Shown in pieces: positions 13,469-26,114 of a stretch of DNA of 64,000 nucleotides (the first letter of the stretch is position 1; every line of letters begins with the position of its first letter). The position numbers and the translations under genes are program-made. Where the stretch lies: positions 1 to 64,000 of the forward strand of contig JBFLGF010000130.1 of NCBI GenBank assembly GCA_050230475.1, read 5' to 3'. The notes beneath the pieces are model-generated. The model saw only the letters and a program-made list of their open reading frames with translations. It had not been told where the DNA came from and made no database searches. The DNA comes from Ancylonema sp. Its lineage: Eukaryota.

Positions 13469-14094
13469 CAAATGTAGTGTCTTTGCAAGCTCCGCTATTC
13501 GGATATTAGGAAGCTACAGTGAAACTTCTAAGTACTGAGCTATAGACGAATAGGAACACCGGGAACACTTCATCGACACGATTCGCATATTTGTCGGCAA
13601 GTTACGCTGACAAATAGCGCGGCGCATAATTCAGCAATATTGTATTCTCTACTTAGTCTATATTGTCGACACGTGTCCTATTACTCATTACACTCATTCT
13701 ACCGTAGACAGACATGTCTAACAAATTCATTGACACGTGACATATTTGTCATTGTCTAATCGTACAACTACTGTACTTAACAAGTCTGGCGCCCTCTTAG
13801 AGAGATCACTTCCCGATGGGTTATTTTCCGCTTCGGTTAGCAACCACCGCACCAACAAGATTCTTTATAATATGATGACATGACAAGTGGCTTTAATTGA
13901 TTTGTTCATGTGGAGTTCACACACAAACCATTTGTGATTCAGTCTTTGAGGCAATATTTTTGGGTTTTTTTTTTAATTTTTCAGGTATCTTTAAAAGGAT
14001 TTTGTGGGGGGTTTTCTGGGTTTTTATTTTTATTTTTTTGGGGTTTCTTGGGGTTTTTTCTGGATTATTCTTGGTTTTTTTTTCCCCCCAAATA

Positions 14095-14298
14095 GCCTGT
14101 GACGTCAGCAAATTAGATGACGTCACACCTCGTTACAGGGGCATTCCGGCTATTTGGTGTGACTTTAACTTGGTGTGACTGTAACGAGTGTGACTGTAAC
14201 GAAGACGTTTTGGCGGGGGAAAGTTGGTACACCGAAAATGTGTGACTGTAACGTGAAAGTCCCTGTAACGAGAGTGACTGTAACGAGTATTCACTGTA
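14095..14298 (-). mobile_element. Terminus of a Tc1/pogo-like DNA element with repeated gtgactgtaacgag motifs
   Basis: About six gtgactgtaacg(ag)-like motifs end in ...tattcactg|ta, which reads TA|CAGTGAATACTCGTTACAG on the minus strand, a pogo-type terminus. A possible weak partner end ta|cagtgaa lies at 13517. Confidence 0.5.
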
Positions 14299-14503
14299 AT
14301 AACATATGCGTTAGGTAATTTCGGCGAGGTTTCGTGTGGTTGGTCACCCACTCGAAATATTATTTATCTGAGCCTGGATGATAAACCCGAAGTTTTCCAG
14401 CCCTGCAGTTGTTTCTCACCTGAGTCACTACCGGATTTAGTGCAACAGCACGAGCAACAACTAATGTCATGTGCAGAGACGTCGAAGGCAATTTTCAGGA
14501 GAC

Positions 14504-15676
14504 ATGGCCCTTGAGCAGAAGCATGCATTTTGGAGCACGCAGCCTGTAGGATCGTTTAACGACGCAGATCTGCCTGAAGGCCCCATCGACATTTCTCAGA
14601 AAGTGTCTGACGTGCCTACGGAGCCTGACACCCTACCTGCGAGTTTCGAGTGGACCACGTGTGACTTAGACTCACAGGAGATAATAAAGGAGGTATACAC
14701 TTTGCTTACCAACAACTATGTGGAGGATGACTCCAACATGTTCAGGTTTAACTATTCTCAAGAGTTTCTGCATTGGGCTCTCAGACCTCCCGGTTATCAT
14801 AAAGAGTGGCACCTAGGCGTTCGCGTTAAAAACTCTGGGAAGCTCGTCGCTTTTATCACGGGTGTACCGGCCAGAATGAGGGTGAAAGACAAGGTGGTGG
14901 AGATGGCAGAAATCAATTTTTTGTGCGTCCACAAAAAGCTCCGGTCCAAGCGGCTGGCACCAGTTCTTATCAAGGAGATAACCCGCCAGGTCCACTTGAA
15001 AGATATCTGGCAGGCCAGCTACACAGGTGGCTCCGAGCTTCCCACGCCAATTTCCAAATGTCAGTACTGGCACAGGTCCCTGAACCCTAAGAAACTCATC
15101 GAAGTCGGATTTAGCTCGCTGGCGCAAAGAATGACGATGGCCCGCACAATCAAGCTCTACAAACTCCCAGAAGATCCACAGATCCCCGGCATCCGCCCCA
15201 TGGAGCTTGGTGATGTGCCAGCTGTCACCAAGCTGTTACAGAATTACCTCAAGAACTTCCTGTTGGCGCCAGTCTTCACAGAGGCAGAGGTGGAACACAT
15301 GCTTGTGCCGCAGCCAGACGTGGTTGACTCATTCGTGGTAGAGGACAGCACAACACATGAGCTCACAGATTTAACAAGCTTCTACACCCTACCCTCTACA
15401 GTTACCCGCAGCACCAGCCACTCGACCCTGAAGGCCGCCTACTCCTTCTACAACGTCGCCACCCGTGTCCCTCTGGAGAAGCTGATGAACGACGCCCTCA
15501 TACTGGCCAATCAACGAGATTTCGATGTTTTCAATGCACTGAATATTCACGAGAATGATGCTGTCTTCAAAAGCCTCAAATTTGGGCCAGGGGACGGTTA
15601 CCTCCACTACTACCTCTACAACTATCGCATCAGTGAACCTCTAAAACCGCAGCAAGTAGGGCTTGTGCTTTTATAG
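14504..15676 (+). CDS. NMT1: Glycylpeptide N-tetradecanoyltransferase (N-myristoyltransferase), single coding exon
   Basis: Uninterrupted ORF from ATG 14504 with HAFWSTQPV, NYVEDD..FRFNYS, EINFLCVHKKLRSKRLAP, YWHRSLNPKKL, KFGPGDGYLHYYLYN and terminal GLVLL*. A possible acceptor (gtgcag) lies just upstream at 14476. Confidence 0.96.
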   Translation: MALEQKHAFWSTQPVGSFNDADLPEGPIDISQKVSDVPTEPDTLPASFEWTTCDLDSQEIIKEVYTLLTNNYVEDDSNMFRFNYSQEFLHWALRPPGYHKEWHLGVRVKNSGKLVAFITGVPARMRVKDKVVEMAEINFLCVHKKLRSKRLAPVLIKEITRQVHLKDIWQASYTGGSELPTPISKCQYWHRSLNPKKLIEVGFSSLAQRMTMARTIKLYKLPEDPQIPGIRPMELGDVPAVTKLLQNYLKNFLLAPVFTEAEVEHMLVPQPDVVDSFVVEDSTTHELTDLTSFYTLPSTVTRSTSHSTLKAAYSFYNVATRVPLEKLMNDALILANQRDFDVFNALNIHENDAVFKSLKFGPGDGYLHYYLYNYRISEPLKPQQVGLVLL

Positions 15677-16843
15677 CGATTCATCGATTTTGCAACTATG
15701 ACCTCTTCTTCTTAAACCCCTCCAGCCCAAATGCCATCATGCACCACCCTTGTACCTTGAATTGAAAGTTAGGTAGCCAGTGCCATTGCCCCTGAGCATT
15801 GGCAATTGTCGGTGTCCTCGATCTGCATCTGCATGGTGAGGGCACATGAATCAGGAATGCACTCCAAATGTTGGACATCTGTCTTCTATGCACAATATTT
15901 TCAAGGATCTAGAAAGGTTGGAGTTTTAGTGCCATACAAGAAGGCTTAGGAACTTCATATTTGTTTTAGGAACTAGGTGCCTCAAAATTGCAAATCACGC
16001 ACTTGTTTACGTAGGACTCAAGATAATCCCCCCAACGTGTGGGGAGGTGGAGTGTATGGCCCAAATGTTGTACATACTGCGGCGGTCGTAAATGTTAGTT
16101 GTACCCATTCGGATGTAGTTTCTTGCACCACAAGCCAAACGTATTTTTTATTGGATGTCTTTTGGCTTGTTTCTAGGATGTATTGTATGAAAGAGGATAT
16201 ACAAAATGCTTGTTAGACCCTTTCGCATTGACCAAATCCTCATTATTCCATCTGTCGGACAATAATCACTCCTTTGCCCAATGGTGATAGTTTGTGGCAA
16301 AACAAGTAAATGCGCTTGATCATAATCATGTGCTATATTCAATAAATATGCATGTAATGTGCAAAATTCTAAAATGGTGGAATGCACGAAACACAAAAGA
16401 AACTCGGTGTATGATGCAAATCACCTTTAAAAATATTTTCGGTGTTTTGATGTTCGGTGCATGTGTGTATTTTGGGTTTTCTTTTTCTAGATTTTTGGCG
16501 GTTTTTAAGGGAATTTTTAGGGTTTTCTTGGGGGTTTATTTTTTGGGGATTTTTTTGGGGTTTTTTAAATTATGTTGTTGGCGTTTAAGCAAAACGCGAT
16601 AGATTTAATAATTAAATTATGGCGCGGCAGAAGGCGCAGCAGAAATAAAATATTTACAGCTCAATTATAAAAATTGAGGGACTGATTAGCAAAACCATTC
16701 GGCACTTTCCGTGCTACAAAAAAACGGCTTGCGGCACCGTTGCCGGCGTTTCTAACTGATTTGTATGCGCGAATAAAAATACGCGTTTAAATAATTCGGT
16801 TTTTCCCGGCGCGGTGATCCTGTGCCAGTACGGTACTGGCATA

Positions 16844-17584
16844 CTGTAGAGGCGCTTGATCGTTACGCGTAATTAATTAAAAAGTTGGCGTATTTTGTTT
16901 TTTTATTATTTTCGGAGGCGTATTGGCTCCGCGTATTTGGACCTGTTTATTAATTTTATAGGCGTATTGGAATAATGATACCAAGTTTACACGTGCAAAA
17001 CAAATAAGGACCGCGGGAAAAATAAAAAAATCTCAGAAAAAAACGAGAAAAAAAACCCCAAAAAAATGAGCGGCGGTTGCGGATTTTTACACGTGTGAAA
17101 ACAAAACGAAAATTCCGCACGTGCTGTGGTACGTAAGAACGCACGTGAAGACGTACGGACGCAAGTGCGGACAATTTTCCATGTGTAAAAAAAAAAAAAA
17201 AGGTCGCAGAAAAAAACCCCAAAAAAAACCCCCAAAAAAAATGGTCTCAGGAAAAACCGAAAAAAAAAAACTACAAAAAAAAACCCCAAAATAACATGTG
17301 GCGTATTGGAGCAACGTATTGGCAAAAAGTAAAGTGGTGTATTATTGAAGAACGACGGGAACCCCATCTCAATACAAGAACGTGCATGTAAAGAAACTAC
17401 ATATCCTAAAAACGAAAAATATGAGAGCTGAGCACACTAGCCGAAACTAGCGACAATAATCAACTCCGAAGAAGAAAGCGGAGCGCGCGGCGGTTTATTA
17501 ATTATTTTGACACGCGTATTGGGCCCGCGTATTGGGTTTATTAATTGTTTTTTTTTTTCGCGTAACGATCAAGCGCCTCTACGG
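16844..17584. mobile_element. Non-autonomous Tc1/mariner(pogo)-type element (MITE), about 740 bp
   Basis: 26-bp TIRs ctgtagaggcgcttgatcgttacgcg (16844-16869) and cgcgtaacgatcaagcgcctctacgg (17559-17584) with one mismatch, flanked by TA on both sides. It has internal gcgtattgg repeats and no transposase ORF. Confidence 0.88.
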
Positions 17585-17708
17585 TATTTCCATATCAGAG
17601 GCACGAGTGCACAATCAGAAGGACAAAAAGTTAATGAAACACAGGGCGAGCATAATTTGCTGAAGAAACGAACATTGAGGGGGCTGAGACGCATTTGCGT
17701 CTGCTCCT

Positions 17709-19145
17709 ATGGCTTCTCAAGCCTTGCAGACCCTGCCCTTACGTAATGGTCTTGCTCACCCAGGCCATGTATGGATTCCACGGGTAACATACGTCAATCA
17801 TTCCGAGTCTCGCCCTCGAGCCTCAAAAGTCGATGCGCAAGTGACACGGAGGTCCACTTCCAGAATCAGACGTAGGTCCCGGCGAGCTGCTGTGTGTTTT
17901 ACAGAGAGAATTGATGGTTGATTTGGCCGGGTTTTGCTGTCATTGGAGGCATGCAGGGGGTGGATCATGCGGAGGAAGTATAGGGACGTCAGCTCAACCT
18001 GTAGGACAAGGCGCACCTGTTGCTCGAGTTGCAGTCATTGATAACTACGACAGTTTCACGTATAACTTGTGTCAGGTAAATGCATCACTTGCTCTGGGCG
18101 TGCAACACATCAACTAATCATTTTTAATGAATTTGCGATTTAGTACCTTGGAGACCTCGGCTGCCAGTATGACGTGTTCCGAAATGACGAGCTCACTACC
18201 GACGAGTTGAAACAGTGAGTCCTGCGGCATGCCTTCTCAAATAAAAGCACGGGTCTGCTGCAGAGACTGGAGCAGAAGTAGGAGACTGTGCTCATATTGG
18301 TGTCGTATTGGTGTTTGTCTTCATGCAGGATGAATCCGCGTGGCATTCTCATCTCGCCTGGTCCAGGTATGCGGTCAGGATGCTGTCAAACGAATGGGCT
18401 TCCCGTTGATCGCGAGGAATAAGTTTTTTACTTGCAGGCACACCTGAAGACTCTGGGATATCACTCGATGTGGTCCGTCAATTAGCTGGGCAGGTCCCTA
18501 TCTTTGGGGCGTGCATGGGTCTTCAGTGTATCGGCCAAGCCTTTGGAGGTACGCTACCCTGCCATTGCTCATTGAACAGCAGCTCCCCAGCAGCTGAATG
18601 TGAGTGGGTTGGGACCTGGGCAGGGAGAATAGTTCGCGCCCCTGGGGGGGTGATGCATGGAAAAACGTCAGAGGTGTTTCACAACCAGCTCCAAGGCGAC
18701 GGTCTGCTGGGAGGCTTGCCAAGGTTTGTTCTCCTGCTCAAGCCATCGACAGCAGCTCGGCAAATGCTCATCCCTCCTCCTCCCACCCCATTGGGATGTG
18801 CGCCCAGTCCCTTTGTGGCCTGCAGGTATCACAGCCTAGTCATTGAGCGCGAGACCTTCCCAGAGGACCAACTCGAAGTCACAGCGTGGACTGCGGACGG
18901 ATTGGTGATGGGAGTGCGACATCGACAACATCGATTTTTAGAGGTGAGGCAGCGACTCTGTTGCACTCAACACCTCTTCGGTGGTTCTTGATGCCTTTGG
19001 TGTGCCTTTCGGGGCGCAGGGGGTCCAGTTCCATCCAGAGAGCATCATCACTGAGAACGGGCAACAAATTGTTGCCAACTTTGTGCACAGTTTAGTGCAG
19101 CATGAGAGGAGCCCTTTGGTACCCGCAACTGAATTGTATTCATGA
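17709..19145 (+). CDS. ASB: Anthranilate synthase beta subunit (class I glutamine amidotransferase, TrpG-like), probable plastid transit peptide, 8 exons
   Basis: Exons 17709-17871, 17957-18075, 18143-18214, 18329-18366, 18438-18548, 18624-18723, 18808-18943 and 19020-19145 give VIDNYDSFTYNLCQ-YLGDLG..FRND, ILISPGPG-TP, IFGACMGLQCIGQAFGG, VMHGK, RYHSLVI and GVQFHPESI. The Cys-His-Glu triad is intact. Confidence 0.94.
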
Positions 19146-20013
19146 GTGACCGGGAAATCTGTGGTCCCTGGCCAAGACCAGGATTGGGTCACAAGTCCGA
19201 CCAGGACCCCAAATATGGATGAGGAGAGGGGTTCGAGCAATATAGAGTTTCTTAATTAATGTGAATATCTAGTTTTAGAGCACTCTATTTTGAGGATGTG
19301 GAAACATACATCTTGTTTTGACTCGGCATGTCCTTTTATGCAAAAGAATATGTACATGGACATGATTCATGTTCATGCAATGGGACATGTACATAATGCA
19401 CGACACATACTCCTTTTTGTGCGTGGGTTTGCCAACCCTTTTACGATGGATCAGCGAACGTTGTCTAGGTGTGTGTTGCTGATGTAGTGCGGTTGAGAAA
19501 GCGAACGTGAGCATGTATTTCAAGGGGCAATCTAGTACCTTGGGTGGAAGAGCACATGTGGGAGCATGGGAGTGCGGTTGCATATTCAGGTTGACTTTTG
19601 GGAGTTGAGTCCTAGAAACGGTTGGATGGGATGGTCCTCAATTGCGACGAGGCAAATTGGAAGTGAGTATGGATAGTTGTATAGCCTCGCATTTGGTCAA
19701 GCTCATCAATAATTGGATGTATTCCGATTTGGAGTCCATTGTTCTGTTGTTCTGAGTCCATTATCACAAGTTCGTTCGAGCTCGGCAAGAAGATCAATAA
19801 TCGTGAAGTTCTAGTGTGTCTGAATTGCACCTCTGAGAGAGGGGAACGGTAAGCATGGCCGTTCCCAACATTTCCGAATTACACACATACTACAAGTACA
19901 ACAATGCCTCTATCTATGAAGTAGTTTCACCATGATCACTTTATATTATCCTCCACAAAATACAAAGTGTGTAATGATGCAACCAACATATTCACCAAAT
20001 CCATTTCCTAAGT

Positions 20014-20222
20014 TTCATAATAATTTTAATCATAATTTCAATCATAATTTCAATCATAATTTCAATCATAATTTCAATCATAATTTCAATCATAATTTCA
20101 ATCATAATTTCAGTAATAAATTCAATAATAGTTTCATAATTTCATAATTTCATGACTTCATGATTTCATGATTTCATCATTTCATGTTTTCATGATTTCA
20201 TAATTTCATAATTTCATAATTT
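20014..20222. repeat. 12-bp (cataatttcaat)n grading into 9-bp (atttcatga/atttcataa)n tandem repeat
   Basis: Directly visible tandem units. Confidence 0.9.
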
Positions 20223-21305
20223 GACTCCGTGAGACGTACCACTTTTGCTCAGATGTTGGATTATTTCATCAAAACACGGAATCTAGCCTGCATTCAGAAT
20301 ACAATGATGTGACCAAATTCCATCTTCTTGCGAATCCTGGCTTACTCGTTTGCCATTACTCATAGTTGTGCCACTCACCGATCAAACAACACCAAGTGGC
20401 CCACACCAAACTGATTGTTGTACATCGACTTTGCCAACCCAAATGTGATTGTACTACTACCTCATATTATTTGTCGTTTATCCCTAAAAAGTATCATATG
20501 ATTTTATCCGACATATGGCCATGACACCACTCTAACAGGAGAGTCACATCACCCTGAGAGTCTTTCCTTGGTACTCTGATTTTTAAAATGCCTAATATTG
20601 TATACATTGCTTTAAGCGCCTGATTTTTGCTTTCCCTTTTCCATCGCCAATTTATGCCCCAATACAAAGTGGATTTCTTTGATTTATTTATGTGCATTTG
20701 ACATCACATTATGTGCGTGGCTCGACGTTGGCAAGCAAATCGAGGTTTTTCCTCTTCTTTTTCTAAGGGACATTGCTCGTCTGGGACGACTGATAATGAA
20801 ACGGGCTGGTCTGTCTGATCCTAAGACCGGCCTGGGGTATAAACGTAGAGGGGGAAGTCAGGGTGACACTGTGATGCAATCACTCATTTTAAAAAGAACA
20901 CTGATTTTTGGATACCCAAAGTATTCAGCTCCCACTCGCACCATACAAATGGCAGCCCGGTTACCCGGTCTACACCATTCTATTCAAAACAATTTTGCCT
21001 TTATCATGAATGACCCTAGTCCAGCCCTGTCTTATCTTCTTACACTAATAACATCACTGCTGTTCTACCAATTTCGATTAAATAGAGGCAACAGGTTGCT
21101 AAGTTGCGGGATACTGCTGTATCACTTGAAAATCAAACCATGGAAAGGCTAAAAATACACAACTTTGTGTCAGAAAATCCCTCCTATCATGCAGTCGCCC
21201 CCTTCCACGCCTCTCTTATGTACAAATGGCGTGAGAAGTGAAGACCGGGGCGCGCTCGTGGCCCCTCAGCTCTTCGGGTCTTCAGCTCTTCAGCTCTTCA
21301 GGTCT

Positions 21306-22791
21306 TCAGGTCTTGTGGTGGAAGCGGACCACGAGGCACGTGATGTTGTCGCCGCTGCCTCGCTTCAGGGCCTCCTCCGTGAGACACTTGGCGGCCTCCT
21401 CTGCGTCCAGCTGCTTCTCGACCAGGCTCACAGCGTCCTGGTCCTTCACCACATCCCAGAGCCCGTCGCTGGCCAGCACCAGAAACTCGTCGTCAGGGCC
21501 GATGGTGGCCTCTTGTATTTCAGGGTCGGGGACCACGTAACGTTTCAGAAGTCTGTCCCCAAAAGCACGAGAGACGGCCAGGACCCCGCCAACTCGCCAG
21601 GTGCCGGCCCACATCACTGACCCCCCCGCTTGCTCAATCCTCTCGCGTTCATCTGTCCTGTTTGGCTTGTGGTCGTTCGACAACGCCGTGGCTGGGGCAG
21701 GCAACAACACCTTGTCAGTACATACACCGTGCGCAGTGCCTCGGGATGAGAGCCTGACGTGTTCATGAGACTCACCTCGGCCATTCCTACTGATAACAGC
21801 TCTAGAATCTCCAACATTTGCCACCAGCAGCTGCTTCCCAAGAAGCACTGCGGTCGAGGCAGTGGATCCTGCATCTCGGTTGGACCCATTTTCTGCCTCA
21901 AGGTAATCCGAATCCGTCCGCTTGAACGTCTCCGCTGCCCAGGCACAAGGCACAGGTGCAACTTCAGTCAGCTGTACCACAGCCAAATGCTAGAGCTCGA
22001 CAAGTCCTGCGTTCCTTTTGGCCAGAAGTGGCAGGGTTTGGTTTCTGCACTTACTTATTGCAAGCTTGGGATCAGTCGCAAATTGCGGGTGGTCGATAAG
22101 GTTCTGGAAAAGGTGCTGCTTCACGTATTCCGCAGCGCGAGAGCCTCCGTGACCTACAACATCGATCACGTTTTCAGAAGTTGAGCAGGGCTCGCAGCAA
22201 GGAATTGGGCAGGCTCTGAGTGCAAAGCGTAAGGGCTCACCGTCAAAAACCCCAAACAACCCCACCATTTGGTCTCCTATTTTGGCTATCTTCGCGTCCT
22301 GAAAGTCTTCCATGGAAGGCCTCTTCCCACGAAGTTGAGAAAATCCAAAACTGAAAGTTCCATCCTCGCTGGAAAAGCAGTAATGGCATGTTACCGGCAT
22401 TAGCACGTACTCGGACGGTTTTCCTCTGTAAAAGACAACTAAATATATCGGCGACCATTTCTGGCTTTCTGGCGGACATAGCAAGAACCCGAGATCACGA
22501 AAAGTCGACTGCCACTGTAAGAGCACCTGGTCAGTGCTCAATTTTGAAAAATCAGACGAGCCAAGGTATCTGAACGCAGTCGAAGATCTGCGGGCCCCAT
22601 TATTAAAACCTTTTGCTAAATACTGAAATATTGTGCTCTCAAAAGAAAGATGGGCCCTTGTCGCAAAATCGGAGGGTATGCAAGACCACCAACTGTGCTG
22701 AAGCCACTGACCTTGTGCCCCCACCAGTTGCAGCGGTAGAACTACCTCCCCCCGCCTTCTTTGATGCCAGAACAGCACTAAGGGATTTCAT
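21306..22791 (-). CDS. Protein phosphatase 2C, plant clade-F (WIN2/PP2C59-like), 5 exons
   Basis: Exons 22712-22791, 22241-22368, 22055-22153, 21776-21934 and 21306-21691 give [102 protein letters not shown]. Confidence 0.94.
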
Positions 22792-22964
22792 CCTTGATGC
22801 GATAATCTCACGGCATTCTACGAAAGAATAGATACAGCTTTATCAGAACGGTAGCAATCTGGACCTGGCTCAGCTTAGATTCGCAACCGGGTGAGCAGAC
22901 CTCGTGCGGGACGAATGCAGGGCGTGCATTCGTGCAATTCCAACAATCGTGTCATCGTTCACCG

Positions 22965-23145
22965 AATACTGATACTGTATCAGTGATACACATAGTTGCA
23001 CAAGACGCGTATCGTATCGGACGTGTTCCCGGTACGACACGGCCCGAGACGGCGATTTGCATCATATCGGGGTCCCGATACGGCCGTATCGTGCAGTCCC
23101 GAGACGCATCTCGTTACGAACACGCGATATGCTGCCGATATGCTG
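22965..23145. repeat. Probable DNA-transposon subterminal remnant (cgatac/gtatcg-rich)
   Basis: Cluster of short direct and inverted gatac/gtatc motifs just upstream of PP2C. No TIR or TSD pair was identified. Confidence 0.35.
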
Positions 23146-24537
23146 TGTACTGCCGAACTTATGGACATGGGTTTAATACCAACGATAAATATTCGTTATG
23201 ACGGCAAGGGTTTTTAACGATGTCAACGTGAGCAAGTGTAAATGCATTCGGGGTTGGGTCGATTTACATAAAGATTATAAGTGCCACACGGCTGATGGTA
23301 CAACAGAAATATAGTAAGATGTTGTCTGTAAGTCTCGTCTCGTCCATACCACTAAGGGAATTGCATAGAACTTCACTTATTCCATTATTTCGCTCGCTGT
23401 GCTTTCCTCTTGAAAGCTCGGTTCGTGCCCTATTTGGTACTTGTTTGATCTGCGAAGCTTTCGATCTGCTTCGTCCATGGTAGCGAGCGGTGTGCCCTTG
23501 TCTCGTTCACGCCTTTGTGCGAGAGCAGCGGTAAATTTAGCACATACATACTTGTGTCGTATATCGTCAGTTGACTCTCACACATATCAAGGACCTCTGT
23601 CCGGTCCTTTGTATGCGTATCTCTTCCTCTAGATAGCCATTTGATGTTTCTAAACTGTCAGACACTCCAGACATATACGACTATAACATATGGGATATGG
23701 AATAAGGTGATGACTGCGGTTGCAGAAGCACGACTGCCAAGTAGTGCAGTTATGACACAACAGGATACCTGTTCACAATTTTGTTGGTTGTTAAACAAAG
23801 CTGTCCATGCAGTTGAAATGTTGTGTATCAAACTGGTACATGACATCGACAACTAAATGTCCAACTTGCATAAAATCAGACAATCAACCACATCTCATGT
23901 AAAAGATTGCACCGTAAATATGCTATCTTCCGCACTGACTGTGAGCTTCTCTACTCGAAAGTATGTTTTCACTATTTAAACAATCAACCCACATCACCGG
24001 CCTTCCTGCATCACCACTGAAGGACATCTCTCATAAAGCTGGAATCGAGTAGGAGGGTGGTAAAGAACAGGTGCAACATGTCACTGCGCACAATTCATCA
24101 CCTTTGGTCGATTTGATGTTCTAAACTGTCAGACACTCAAATACATCTCTCATAAAGCTAGAATCGAGTAGGAGGGTGGTAAAGAATAGGTGGAACATGT
24201 GGAACACTACCCACAACTTGGTCGAGTGAAACCCATTCTCTTGCTTGTGCGAGAGCCAGGCAGGCTCGCAGGCTTGTGCACTATATAGCTTTGTCATAGT
24301 TGAACTGGAACATAAATCCAATACTTGGTCGAGTGTTCATAAGGAAGGCGAGCTGGCACTATTCATTGCCTTATTACCATAATCTTTGCTCCACTCCACC
24401 CAAAGACCATATGCGCATATTCTTTGCAGTGAGTTCTAGAGCACAGCTGCAATATCCACGAGTGAGACCACTATCCACCACATCGATATGTACAAAATTT
24501 GAGTTATATGAGTGTCTACCAAAAGGCCAGTCCGGCT

Positions 24538-26114
24538 CTATGCTTGTGTCCCGGCTCCGTAGTTCATGGGCCGCTCCACCACTCGAATGCCCGCACTCTT
24601 ATCCCACTCCTCCGCAGACTGGGTTTCGGCCATGGCCTCCTGCCCTCTCCACAACACTTTGTCCGCCACTCCGAACTCGATTGCCCGCTGCGGGTTCATG
24701 TAGAAGGGTCGCTCCATGGTCTTGGCCACCTTCTCAAAAGAGTTGCCTGTGTGGCGCGCCAGCAATCCCACCAGCGTGTCCCGGTTGGCCACCACCTCCT
24801 TGGCCCTGATGTGCACATCGATGGCCGACATGAGCCCCGTGGAGGGAAGGCGGGGCTGCTGAATCATGGCTGCAACCGACAAAACAGAGCCATGAGCCGT
24901 GAGCCGTGAGCCTGCAGCCAGCCATGGGGTGTCGAGGGGAACGTACCAGTGGCATGGGGCAGCATGAACCGACGCCCCTTCTCTCCTGCTGCCAGCAGCA
25001 AGCAGGCTTGCCCAATGGCTGCCCCGACTCCTACAGTTTGGATCTGACGATGCAGATCACCATGTTAGAGCTGCGTAATCCCCTACGGCAGCATGTTGGG
25101 CATGTCTTACCGAGTTCTTCACGAGCATCATAGTGTCATAAATGGCAAAGCCCTCTGTTTCCATCCCCACCTGCAGCCCCCCAAAACCCTCTTCACCTAC
25201 TGCCACGAGTGAAGGCAGCGGAGGTGCATGAGAGGCAGCACTCACAGTTTCCCCATCTGCCCGAGAAGTCCCCGTTGAGTTGACGTACACGTAAGTGGGC
25301 AGGCGTGGGTCTGCGTATTGAAGATAGAGGAGCTCCGCAATGACAAGCTCGGTCACAGCCGGCACCAGCTGCAGAGGGAAAACAAAACCGAGTCACTCCT
25401 ACGCTCGCCCACTCCGTTTCCTTGGGGTGGAACGCATCTTTCATGGCTTCCATCGCAATTGAGGAGAATGGAAATGATGGCCAATGCAGCGAATATAATC
25501 TCCATCCCAATGCTATCCCTCACAAAGCTTCAGATCATGTTATGGTGGATTGGTCACTGGCGAACACAGAGGAAACTATTACAGGCATGCCGATGTAAAC
25601 GATTCGGCTGTTCAGAAGAAGCGAGGGACGATCAGGTGGTGGCCTTCGGGGTTTGTGCTCTCCGCCGTAGCCTCCACCTCTGTCCGCCTGCGCTGGCGCT
25701 GTCATGGACCACTTGGCCTGCTGGGCAGCTGCAATATCCAAGAGTGGAGGAAAGTCTAATTCCGCTGCCCCGACTCCTACAGTTTGGATCTGCCAATGCG
25801 GACCACCATGTTAGAGCTGCGTGATCCCCCACTGCAGCATGCTGGGCATGTCTTACCGAGTTCTTCACGAGCATCATAGTGTCATAAATAGCGAAGCCCT
25901 CTGTTTCCATCCCCACCTGCAGCCCCCAACAACACTCTTCACCTACTGGCACAGGTGAAGGCAGCCAAGGTGCATGATGGGCAGCACTCACAGTTTCCCC
26001 ATCTGCCCGAGAAGTCCCCGTTGAGTTGACGTACACATAAGTGGGCAGGCGTGGGTCTGAATATTGAAGATAGAGGAGCTCTGCGATGACAAGCTCGGTA
26101 ACAGCCGGCACCAG
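24538..26114 (-). CDS. CLPR3: Plastid Clp protease subunit ClpR3-like; 5' end missing, three exons internally duplicated, possible pseudogene
   Basis: Exons 25992-26114, 25857-25916, 25583-25789 (chimeric), 25246-25368, 25111-25170, 24947-25043 and 24538-24869. Motifs RRPPPD.PSLLL.SRIVYIGMP-LVPAVTEL..NSTGT.R.DGET-VGMETEGFAIYD, GAAIGQACLLL and AMIQQPR.PS.GLM.A.DV.IRAKEV..NRD..LWRGQE match plant ClpR3. No start exon or transit peptide is visible. Confidence 0.85.

Noticed and set aside
14813..15607. Antisense ORFs over NMT (and over PP2C, RPN5 and cpRNP exons)
   Set aside because: Shadow frames of GC-rich coding exons with no independent motifs.
14504..15676. NMT as a retrocopy because it lacks introns
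   Set aside because: No poly(A) tail or TSD, and an upstream acceptor suggests a 5' intron. An intronless CDS alone is insufficient evidence.
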